Source of the DNA: Setoptus koraiensis
Taxonomy: Eukaryota; Animalia; Arthropoda
Direction of reading: 5' to 3'
Assembly (NCBI GenBank): GCA_048013815.1
Contig: CM106586.1
Location: 12,152,001 to 12,216,000 of the forward strand
DNA length: 64,000 bases
Each line of letters begins with the position of its first letter. The stretch's first letter is position 1. Made by a program: the position numbers and the translations under genes. Positions 33,784 through 46,218 of this stretch are shown piece by piece. The notes beneath the pieces were generated by a model. It had not been told where the DNA came from, made no database searches, and saw only the letters and a program-made list of their open reading frames with translations.

Positions 33784-36700
33784 TCTTTCTCTCTTACATG
33801 CATCTGCTGTATGCAGCTAAATTTAGCTCAGACAACTGGTGGCGGCCCATAAAATTATTCGAGTATGGATAGCCCTGTTTGCATGTCCGGCACATCAGTC
33901 CATGTGCCGGTGTTGGTGTGTATAGGGGCAGATTTTTTATAAATATTTTAAATAAAACAGAGATTCTCTCTAAAAGATCGCGTCGAAAAGATGATAAGAC
34001 AGAAACTCATCGCCACGCTATATGACATCATCACTATCATTCTTCATTTTCGTATGAATGGCTACTCTAGCTTCTAATAGTTGCAAGTGTCACCGATATT
34101 CAAGTTGATACTAATCATGGCACCGATCGTCATGGGCCCCACTGTATTCGGTCACTTGATGCGCGAGTGGGAATAATGAGGCGTGATTGCAGGGCTTGCT
34201 GGCGACAGTGCCACTACGTTGTCCATCAAAAATACGACAACCTCTTGAGAGAGATCCATTAAGAAACATGCTGTATCTTGGTTTATCTAAGTTTTTTTTT
34301 CATGCTTCAGGCGCCCGCAGAGATAACAATGGCAGCCAGTGAGAACAGGGCGATTCGCTTTTCGGTTTCAGTTACGATTGACTCTTATCGCTATGCTACT
34401 TTCTTGAAAATTGCCTCATGAAAAAGCTGCTCAACGAAAAATCGCTTCTCGAAAATTCAACAAACAGACAGAGCAATGTGGCCATCCCATGGACATTCTC
34501 CATTACCTTTTATTATTATACTTCTGAAAGAAAATAACCAACTGCAGTTCACACACACACACACACCATTCAATTTGCTACTTTGTGTTTAAAATCTTAA
34601 ACTACTGGTATTGCGAAATTCGTATTTGTGATTTTATCACAAATACGTACACGTGAGGTGTTTACTTTGACTATTGCAACTATCACACATTTGTCAGCTC
34701 AGCTTATCAGGACCCACATTTGTACGTCGGCCACCTATTAAGGCGCCTATTTTTGGACGCTGTAAATTGTGATAGCGATCATAAATCAAGAATTAATTTC
34801 ATTTCTAGTCTTTCAACTCCATCGTGCCATTACACTTTCATCGATATTCCAACAATAGAAACATACTAACAAAGCAAAGAGTGAAATCACGAAACAACCA
34901 TATTCACCCTGTGGACGCTAGACACCTTGTTGGCTAGCTTTAATTGCCACTAACCGGCTATCATCTCCTCTCAACTCACTAGACAACATGATAGTGACGC
35001 ACCGAATCAATTATACAATTGAGAAAGCACCCTCACGATGGATCAGTTCGAATAACATCAAAGCAATTGTTTGTCGAAAGCCTGGAAAGGCACAAAAGTG
35101 TGAAAATTCCACAGCCTTTGTCATCTTTGAAACATTTCAACTCTGAGGTAAGTGTTACAATGTGTTTTTATTGGTGGAATAGACCGCAAATAGACGGTGA
35201 AATAATCAATGTTTATCGATCCTCTTGAGAGAGAACTCTGAGCGAGGTGCATTGTGGCATAATTCAATAGTCGATTGAATACGATTTCCGCTCGATTTAA
35301 TAAATAAGTCAGTTCCTAAGCTTCACAAGCCACGCTGCATTGATCCATGAAGGTTCGCAGCAAGGGCACCGAATTCTTTTTTCGTTCAAAGTTAACTGGG
35401 TCGAGGTTGCGGGCCCTGTCATGAGTAATCGAAATGGAAACAATCCAATTTGATCACTCAAATCGCTCGTGACAATTCTGGTTAGTTCAACCTCGTCTGG
35501 TGATGATTCGCTTGTCCAATCTCCAAGAGAACTACTGATACATTGAACAGTAGGCTGGAAAAATAATAGCCGGAAGAGCAAGAGTAAGAAAACAAAACCA
35601 ATTCCTAACTAGCGCCGCTGACATAAAATCTGAAATCGTGTCTGAGAAGATGTGTGGAAATAACGGTGAATCAAGTGAGTGAAAGATGACAACTATACAC
35701 GTAATCATTCTTTTCGCTAGCCTTGCTCAAAAATACAAAAGCTTGCCTCCTCTTTTGAGCAACTGACCTTGATCACCCTATTAACCCCAATGGATATTGT
35801 ATTGCTGTGAGAGGCACTGAAGTGCTTGTTGTGGGCGGTGGTTTCATTAAATTTTGAGTGCCACTTTTGAGAGAAATGAATTTCTAAGAATTTTCACTTA
35901 CTATTGGAAGCTGATCGATTTCATTTTCAATTTCATTGAAAGTAAGCTGGAATCAGAGGCCAGTGAGACAATTTGATTAGAACGAAGATTGCCGGCAACC
36001 ATGGACAAGAGCTCGTTGATAGAGTTATAAAACTGTCTAATTGTACTTTCTGGCCTCACATGGCGGCCTGATGGAGTGGTTTTTCTGAAGAATGCCTATA
36101 GCCTTGAGTCTGTCCAGTCAACGAACTGATTTACTCAAAAGTGACAAAAATAAGTGACTAGTGTTTTTGAGAATTCCCAAGTGAAAGAAATACAACTACA
36201 TGGAAGCTACAAATTGATCAAGTTACTGGTGCAAATATTCTCTGACAATGTTTGCGGACAGTTCATAAAGTAGTACTTCTGTTTTTCTAGCGAGCTGTTC
36301 TTTCATTCAGGCTGGCGCGTTCCATGGGCCGTATCAACTCCACATGATTTGATAGAATTTATTAACCGGATACTCACCCAACCTTTAACTAGCGTTGGTT
36401 TCAAAAAGCGACACGCTGGCGCTTTACATTACTAGACTCTCTGTGGTGGGCAATAGTTAGGTGCAAGTGCATGAAAAACTCTCTTATCAAGTCATAGTTA
36501 TCAAATTTACCATATGCTCTAACAAGTATCCACAAGCTATAGTAAAAAGCAGTTAGAAAGCATTCTTTTGAGCTCCCAAAAATTTTGTTTTTAAAGGAAT
36601 CATCATCGGAGAAGTTATACGGAACTAGCTTGCTTGGTTTATCACAGGATTCACGAAATCTGGTGACTTGTATCCGAAAATCGGCTACACTCTTTTCAGG

Positions 36701-39234
36701 AAAAAAAAATGAATCACATGTCGTATCAATTGAAATCTCAAATGTCTACTAGGCACCTCGACAGTAGGTTATGTTGCATTCGGATAACAACCGATAAAGT
36801 GAAAGCTTTGTTTTCAGCATAATAAAAATCGAAAACAAAGAGAAAAATGGAGTTTCGTTAGTAAAAAAATAGAATTAACCAGAATATTGTCCTGAATATT
36901 GTAACATTGTATGAATCTTTGATTTCACCAGTACATGCTTAAAATACACAAAGATCAGATTAGGCCGAGGAAAGTGAATTTGTTTCCTTTTTGGCCCGAT
37001 CGATACAGTTGATAGCTCTATTTTCTCTCTCTTTTTTTATCAATCCATCTTATTCACATGTAAGTTTGCCACTTGAATACTTTTCGGCTATGTTCTCCAC
37101 AAGACATCATTGTCAATCGTTTACCCTTTTTCAGGTAATCAAACGACTACACCAAACTTTAGTTTTCCAACATTGTGTGTTGCCGTAGTGGCAATTTTGT
37201 GTACTGGGCAAGTAGTTGAAAATGATGATATCGTAGTTCATATCGCAGTCGAACATTCGGATGTAATGATCGAATCTGAGTGACTTTTCGACTTTTCACA
37301 TATCTACTATTACTTACATCGGGTAAGTGATACACGGATAGCCCCAGAGATTGATTCGAACAAGTTGCTCAGTCAGCTATCGGCGAAAAATCACTGTCAA
37401 TATATATTTATCAAAATGTATAACTCAGTTATCACATAATGGTTATTGATGACAGTGCTTGTCGGTCACGGAACTAAACATAGAAATCAGTTGTTTAGCT
37501 TTAGGGTATATGAATGGTTCTTGTTTTGATGACTGCCACTGATTCTAGAGATCACGAAAGAATTGCCATTTCAAGTTTCACCCGGAATAATGTATATGTG
37601 ATATGAGCAACATGTAATGGTGATGTGACAAGTGCAAAAATAATGTAGCCAATCGATATGTTCCTGTTCTTCCGTTGCCATTTAGAATGGAGCAATTATC
37701 TTGCATTTGAACTAGGTAGGAGAATGAGCATCAATCGTAACTTGCCTCCTACATTGAAAGCGCCCCAAACCATTGGCCTAGATTTGTATGGCTAGGTTTA
37801 GATTCTATGACTAAGAGCAGAGTCATGATCGTCTTGGCATGTGCTTGTCTCGTTGGGTTCATCGAATCTAACGGTCATACATCTGTCTAGATGGCTGAGA
37901 AAGAGTGGTCGTCGAAAAGTTCCTAGAGGCGTTTTTATTGTTGATACTTTTTGTTAGGTTCGAAACTTCTTTCTCACTTTTTTTTCTGTTGTTTTGTGGT
38001 GAATTTTCGAAAGCAGTCACCGAAAGCTTGGTTAGAATGTCTGAATTTGTTCTTTCAGTTCGTGCGAGAATAGTAGTATGCGACTATTATGTCTATTTGG
38101 AAGCCTCACGATTCGATGGAGCGACTTGCCCAGTTACCGGTTACAACTTGCCGACCCACCATCATTTAGATGTACGATGATTCGAAGAAACACACGTAAT
38201 GTGTCCAGTATAGCACAAACACCAAAACTAAGACCAAAGAATCAGAGTTCATTCATTGTATGGTGCTCACACTTTGACAAATAACAACAAAAATGCTCGT
38301 CGTTGCGCTCACTTTGTTGTAGGTATAAAATGGATGAAAAATGGATGACGTCTCACAAATGTTTTGTCGCATCATCGGGGTGTTTCTTTGGCTCTATTAG
38401 CTTCATTAGTTACACATGAGAAAGCGTTATATATCTAATGATGGATGTACATTAGAGCGAACAGCAATAAGAGCATCATCTCTCATAAATTAGCGACACT
38501 AACAGCACTCACGCACATTTGGCAAGCCGGCGAAAACAAACAGAGACACACAAAGCGGGACAGAAAGACAAAGAAAAATTGATATGATATGATGATGTTG
38601 GTTATTGTTGTTGTTTTCTATTATCGACAACAATAGTGTGAGACACATTGATTTGATTTTGTTTGATTGTGAGTGTGTGATATAAATGATGATATTATAA
38701 TAATGTGCAATCAACAACAACAACAACAACAACAACATCTCTATGTCTCAAAAATTATCTGCTCGTCAATGTTAGCTGGTGGTATAAGCAATCAGCAATA
38801 TTGTCCTTGCTGTCTTGATGAGACAGATCAAGACTTGTGAGTCTTATAAATAGAGGATAGGTACACTAGTAGACTGATACACTAGAGGCGGAAAATGTGT
38901 GGAGAATGCGATATGAGATATCGGGAGTCGATTTAAAAGTCGACACTCTCTCATCGATTATACACTGGATCTAGTATACTATACTTGACTGTTTTATATC
39001 GTCGGTTTCTATAGATTGAGATTGGTGTATATAAACATGCGTATTCATATCATATGTATCATTATTTTTATCGTTATTATTTACTTATGCTCCAAGAAGT
39101 AGGTATCACATATGGTATTTGTGAGTCACAATACAAGCAGTAGTAACATATTTGTTAGTATAGTAGAGTGTAGTTTGTTAGACTGGCGTAGTGTGGTACG
39201 TTGTGATAATTAATAATCAACAATTGAGATATAG

Positions 39235-39250
39235 GGAGAGAGAGAGAGAG

Positions 39251-39305
<55 letters not shown>

Positions 39306-39315
39306 GCGAGAGGGA

Positions 39316-39358
<43 letters not shown>

Positions 39359-39394
39359 AGAAAGAGAGAAAGAAAGAGAATAGAAGAGAAGAGA
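39235..39394. repeat. (GA)n-rich polypurine tract
   Basis: About 160 nt of GA/GAAA repeats with few interruptions; the overlapping ERERER ORF is an artefact. Confidence 0.92.
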
Positions 39395-39896
39395 ATTGGA
39401 GAGTTGGGTTGTCGGCAATCAGCTGATGGTTTTGAATTAGGCTACAGTGATCTGATAAAGAAGAAAAAGAAGCGTCGTTGTCGTTTATCGAGAGAAAGAA
39501 AAGAAGAGAGCGAGAGTATTAACATGTTCAAACAATAACAACAACAACAACAGCATCACCAACAGCAACGACAACACCAATCACAACAACAACAACCAGA
39601 ACAACATCAACGACAACTATAATATAGTAGTAGAATAAATAAACAAATGGATAATTTACATATATAATAATTTTTATAGAAATCAAAAATTCAATTTCAA
39701 ACAAACAAACAAACAAACACACACACACAAATACAATTGCCGTCGGTTATAAACTCTGAATCAATTCTGATATCATCGCCACTATTACAATCGCCACCAG
39801 CAGCAGCACCACCGAAACGAGCACCTATTATACCCATCACTATACTTGATTAATATCGACTAATTATCCACAGATCGGAACCCCGCGACCAGCGAC

Positions 39897-41323
39897 ATGC
39901 GACTATTCTTATTTATTATTGTCACCTCTTCTTTGATTCCTTATTCAAGCACATTTAACAATATCAATATCACTACGGCTGATCAGCAACAACATCATAA
40001 CAACCACAATCGTCCTACTCACAATTTGTTGCTATTATCGGCTAAACAACAGCAGGCTAACAGCAGCGACAGCAACCATAATACCAATAATAATAATAAT
40101 AATGATGATGATACATCAAGCTCTAATTACACAACGTCACAAACTATTAGCAACAACTCTGGCCCATTGCCGACAACTATTACTACAGCAACAGCAACAA
40201 CAAAAACCAAATTGGCCACCATTACAAACAATTATTTGCCCGGCTCGTTCGACAAACTCAGTTTGTCCGATTGCTTTGCACGATTAGACGAACCTGCCAG
40301 AGATTCATATAGGCGCGGTGGTAAGTATAAAATATACCATTATTACCATTAACATTAATATTAATTTTTGTTGTCCTTATACCTCCTCACACCACCATCA
40401 TTATTATTACTACTATTACCACTACTACTATTGCTATTAACATTATTTTATAACAACTACTCACTCGCCACATTATTGAAATCACGCGACGAAATTGCAA
40501 CAAAACGTCAACAACAAAACCAATTATATATCACTATTGTTATTAATAAATATTATTATTGACAGTCAAGAGTCTTATGAGCGAGGTGGGCCAGTTTTGT
40601 TTGGCGCACAACTGTCTTGGTAAACAATTAGAGCAAATAGTCTATTGTGTATCATTTGATATATTTGAGCATTATTGTCGCGCGTTACTATTGCAAACAA
40701 CAACAAACAATAAGCACAGAAACAAGTACTATGATAATAAATTGCGAAAAACAACTTTCACTAACATAACAGCAACAACAAATAATAATAATAATCCTCA
40801 AGATGTTGCCTCTATTGACACTCAAGCCAGCACCAGAAACCACGACGGAGGACAACGAACAAGACAAAGTGGCGGAGAAATTCTTCGAACCCAACAACAA
40901 CAACAACAGCAACAACTCAACAGCAGACAGACAAGAAGCCGACTCCACGAACGACCAAAGTCCGCCACTGTCACCAATAAAATGCCTACTAACAAGCTCA
41001 TAGATAGTCGACCGCCAACACCTAATCGATCTGTCCAACAACAACAACAGCAGCAGCAGCAGCCAACAGAAACAACAGTAACAACACGCCAAGAAGAAGA
41101 TAAAGAAGACGGCAACCCTAATAAGCATATCTTGTGGCGTCAACTTCTACTACTTCCGCCATCCGAATCAGATAATAGTTACAATTATCTTGTAGAGCAG
41201 CAACAAAACCAACTGGTGCACATCATAGAGTCTAGTATTGAAAATCTGTTAGCTAGGAGTTTACTTTTGATGGCGCGCCAGGAAGACGACCAAGAGGGCG
41301 CGTACTCGGACGAGCTCTGTTAA
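39897..41323 (+). CDS. Hypothetical secreted protein, 2 exons, about 393 aa, with a small Cys-containing core
   Basis: Exon 39897-40320 starts with a signal-peptide-like MRLFLFIIVTSSLIPYSST. Donor G|GTAAGT at 40321, acceptor GACAG| at 40565 (245-nt intron, phase 1) joins in frame to 40566-41323. No family recognised with certainty. Confidence 0.6.
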
Positions 41324-44300
41324 TTTTGTGAATGAGAGAGCCCCATTTATGTCTGATAGTTGTGTTTATATCGGGTGATATTATTGAAAAGTATACCGAA
41401 ACATAAACAACAACACTACTACTAATACTACTACTATTACTACCACCACTACAAAAACAACTACAACAACAACAACAACAACAACCACCACAACAACAAC
41501 AACAACAACAACAACAACCACAACAACTACTCAAAAGAACGTCACACAAAAGCCAGCTAGATGCGCCCAATCACATAGTATCACAATTGTTACCAAATAG
41601 GGGCCCCTCACACCTAACCTGTTTGCCATAACACACACTCTCACAAACACAAACACTCACACACACTCACTCTCTAAAATTTCTTTAGCGCTTCAATTGA
41701 TCAATAGACTTTAATAAAAACGAGTAATCTAATATGCTAATCTTGTGGGATGGTCACACGTTCCACGCCTAACAATCAGTAATCGTCCGCATGTTGTCTC
41801 TTTGTTTGTTTTGTTGTTGGCGTCATTTGACCCTGTCGGGAAAGGTCTTGTCGCAATGGAGCAACTTTTCCGACACTATTCGTATTTTGTAGCTTTTTAT
41901 CATTGAGAACGAAAGCCTTATTTTTCTTTGTTTCTGCCAATATGGCGCCTACTCTAACAAATGATACTGTTTGTCGAGATGACAAAACACATAGTGATCG
42001 CGCATCAAATTGGCGCTGGCGAACCGTTCAAGAGGCCAGACAAACAACAAATTCATAACAAAACTCTTTTTATCTCACACTACATTAACATCAACTGCAA
42101 CCAACGACAACAACAACAGCAACAATAACGGCCACAAAGCGAACACAATAGGCGAAAGTCACGCAAGCGCTGATTTAGAAATGCGGGCTATACTTTGACG
42201 ATTTCCCATTTGCACCATTTGAGTCTGTTCTGATTTTTGGGCCAGCAAGCTTGTTTTTTACTTTTTGTTGTCGCTGCTGATGGTGTTAGTGCTGCTTCTG
42301 TGTTGCTGTGTTTCGATTTGAAACTCACTGTCAAACTTAGTATGTGATGGTGTAATGATGATGGAATAAAACCGAATGGCAAAAATGAGAAAGAGATTAT
42401 TTAAAAAGATAATGCAATAGTAATATAAACTCGCATGCAATGGGACAAGCAAAAATCGAGAAGAAGAAGAAGAGGAGGGGCCCACACACAAAGTCGCCAT
42501 TGTGCTGCGACAACAACAAAATTTTCACAAACTCATGTAGCTCATGCATGCAATAGTTGTTGTTTGTTGCGGTGGAGGTACCTAGGTCACCTAGTTGCAC
42601 TCGCAGAAATTTGGCCTAGCCAGCGAAAAAGAAGCTAGAAAGACCACCAGTATATTAGTAGCGATGTGTGGACAATGTTCCGGTTGCTTCCTTCTCTTTT
42701 TCTAGCCACTATGTCTCGTGTAACCCCATGTTCGCTTGCTTGAGAAGTGTTCGTTTCGACTCGAAGTGAATGTGTCTGCAGTTGCTGCAAGCATCAATTC
42801 CAACTCCCCACAATGCCTGCCTGCCTGCCTACCCAACGAGATTCTATATCATTATCACCTCAACGACTTGGTTCTCTCAGGTGACCTCAGATGATTTAGG
42901 TAGCTTCTGACAGCAGCTGTCCAAGTGAATCGCTCTGTTCCGCACTGTTATGCTGCGATCTAATCCGTTCCGTTATGTTCTGTTTCATTCCGATTCATTC
43001 CATTCCATTTCATATTTTTCATTTCATTTCGGCCCGTATCCATCGACCATCTAAACTAGTCACTCCCTTTCTCCCTTTCTATACTTTCCCCGTTTTGCCC
43101 AGTCTAAATCTCCAACCATCTCCAACTCTGCTCACAGCAACTTTCTGATGCATCAACCTTATGCTCCTGTGACACTCCAAACTGTTCTTTGCTCCCTTCC
43201 TTTCCTCTGTTCTGGAGTATTAATAATAAATTGAGCGACGACAATAGTAGCGATGTAGCACTTGCCGTGAGCTCTTGCTGGCCAACAATCACTTTCGAGG
43301 AGGCACCATCACTAAAAAGCGAAAGTAACATTCGTGCACTATTATATTTCCATCATATCATAGATGCTTATTTCTTTTTTTTCCCTCAGCATCGATAGAT
43401 CAAACTGGAAGAATTTTCGAAAGCAGAAGTAATGGTTCATTTCATTTGTCTAGACAAACAGAACACAATTCAGTGAGGATCAATTTCACAAGATCAATTT
43501 CAAGAACCGGAGAAAGCCTCGGATGGCGATAGCATGATTTGAGTTATTACTGACTGCACAGATTTTTATACATTTAGAACTCTGAGTATGAACTTGATCA
43601 GTCCCGTTCTAGAGTCCGATTCCATGAATATCCAATTTTAGAATCATTATTAATTACCAGATGCTACCGGCGGAAGGGGCGGGGTTGCGAGAAGTGATGG
43701 CTCACTCACAGATGATATTTGGAAATGTTTAGAAAAACAAAAGCCTGCAAAGGTGCGTCTCCCATAGGTAAAGACGAAAACTTAACTGTATCTATAAGTG
43801 AATGGTTGCTTGTAAGTTACAACTTTCAATTTGCACCTCGGTAGTGCTAATTTTCTCTGGGTTCCATCGCGCCTTTCGTAATCTTGTTGAGAGGCTCGAA
43901 GGTATTGAATAATATATTGGTTTTGAGATTCATGATTTCGAATAATATTACTTACGCTTTGCAGCGGCCAACGAACATTGGATTTTTCGATAATGTTCTT
44001 GAGAAAGTGACGATACCATACACAGTCCTTTTGTATTCAGTTGCAAGTGCGCTAGTTTGCCATCTCTTTTTAGGTCTCGACTCGCCGAATGGTCCGTGCC
44101 GTACAGATCCATTATCCGAAATCGATCATCTCTGCACTGCCTCTTTATCTGTCGACGTTAGCCCAAACTACATAAATCAATTTAATAGGAATGCGCTCAC
44201 TATTACATAATGTATAAATATTTAGATTTGTGCGAAAATTTGTTTTTTTTCTGTGAATGCTCAATTCGGGTTTGAAAAGTTGCTTTGTTTGCTTTATTTG

Positions 44301-45858
44301 CCTCTCATTTCCTTATATGCAATGATTGCTCAGAGGGCAAAGTCAGACATTTCATCCCGATGCAGTACGTCTCAAGGGGAGTTGTAACCTGACTGACAGC
44401 CCTCCGAAAGTAAAACTGGCTGACATTGAATCCCTGCATAAAATTGGTTTGAATATGTGCGAGCGTTAACATTATCACTTCCTTGGCTGACGTTTTTCCG
44501 TCATAGACAATGCGCCCCAGTGTCCCCTTTTCATGGCAGTTGATCTAAATGCTAGATCAAATGCTTGACAGCCGTTGCCTTGACACAAGACAAGTGTTCT
44601 CCATCTATTAGAACTTGGCCTAATTCAATCTTGCTGTCTGTTTATTGGATCTCATTCGCTGTCCCTCTTCTATTTTGCACGTTATTTTAAGTTGCTAGGC
44701 TAACCCTGGTAGGTTCTCGTTAATGGTGCTATTCGCAAAAGACCAGCTAATCAGATGATGATTCCCCCTAAACCTACGCGAATCACTAGTGCATTATATC
44801 CGTCGCGTCACTGTCTGACTGATATGACTTTTGACAAAACAATGCCAAAAAGCTTCATCTGGCCCCCCAACCAAGGATTCTGAGTCCAGTGACAAACATC
44901 AGTGCAGACGACAAGTTTCAGGGTCAGACGAGCGATGTTCCTTGAAAGGCAAGGCATCTTGGTTCCTTGAAACAGTTGTCGGCTGCAGATAAATGCTGAA
45001 ATTATTGTCAGTTTCCGCAATTGCGCAACGGAAATTAGCGATAAAATAAAATGAAAAATATGAATCCTACTCACTCCTGAGCAACGCTGGAGTCGGACAA
45101 CCAGCGTAAATCTATCGGCAAGTTTTCTTATTCCCATTTTTACAGCATGGCACTCGTGGTCGAAAGCAGTATAGCCACTCCAGAATGGATTGTTTTCCTG
45201 AACTCGAAATCTTGCGCTCGATCATTCTACCGGTATTGCGCAGAAATATCTATATATAGATCAATTCTCACTTCCGTTCTTGAACAAATGAGGGCCAAGG
45301 CAAGACGACGACAACAACAACAAGTCAATGCCTCACCGTATGCCGGATCGCGGAAGACCGCGCTAGAAATTCTTTATAGGTTTTCCTCAATTGGATGCCT
45401 TGATTTTGCTTCCGCGGCTCCTCGCGATCTCCGCGATAGAGAGACCGCGGAAGCAGAATTGAGGCCTCTAATTGAGTGAATGTATCATAAGTTAATTGAA
45501 CTAAAGTCATTCTATTGGTTTTGAGTGATTTGAGGTGTCGTTTCTGCTTCCGCGGGGTTTCGCGGTGTCCTGCGCCCAAGAACCGCTGAGGCCGCGAAAC
45601 AGCCCAATCCGCGGCACGTAAACCGCCACCATACCTCGACACGCAGCAATGTTCCCGCAGGCAAAGGAGCTATGTGGCTAAGGTATGAGATAAGAGCAAG
45701 AGTGTTAATCAATATATGATATAAAGACTGGTTCCGATGTCAAATAATGAGTCCAGGATATAGCAAAAAAACTCGTATCGCAACATTATCTGATATAGCC
45801 AGGCATATGATGCACTCGATACAGCCATTGACTTTACGGCTCTAACATTGCATATGAG

Positions 45859-45931
45859 GGGCACGTGGCCTAACGGATAAGGCGTCTGACTTCGAATCAG
45901 AAGATTGCAGGTTCGAATCCTGCCGTGCTCG
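45859..45931 (+). tRNA. trnR-UCG: tRNA-Arg (anticodon TCG)
   Basis: 73-nt cloverleaf: acceptor stem GGGCACG/CGTGCTC, D-loop TGGCCTAACGGATAAGG, anticodon arm TCTGA-CTTCGAA-TCAGA, T-loop GGTTCGAATCC. Confidence 0.97.
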
Positions 45932-45939
45932 TACGCCAC

Positions 45940-45944
45940 TTTTT
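45940..45944 (+). terminator. RNA polymerase III terminator (T5)
   Basis: TTTTT 8 nt downstream of the tRNA end. Confidence 0.75.
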
Positions 45945-46218
45945 GCCTTTAAAATTTTGAGCCCCGCATGAAACAATGAGAAGATTTTTAATAATTTATA
46001 AAACAGAGTGGCTTTTTATTAACAGTATAAACAGATGAATTTATAGATTAATTCCATTAGCGTGTGATAGCAGATCTTCAGATCACTCACATCTCACAGA
46101 GATAGTCAGGTTTTTAAATTTTAGGATGGACACAGTGAGGAGTCCTTTCATAAATAGATAGCATTCCTTTCCTATTTCGAGGATTTAATAATATGCTGAC
46201 AATAATCACAATTTCGAT

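Noticed and set aside
34441-34451. ATCGCTTCTCG, identical to the first 11 nt of U2 snRNA
   Set aside because: The match ends there; no branch-point pairing region or Sm site follows.
43770-44120. Minus-strand open stretches with a GTAAGT donor-like site
   Set aside because: No consistent spliced model or recognisable domain could be built.
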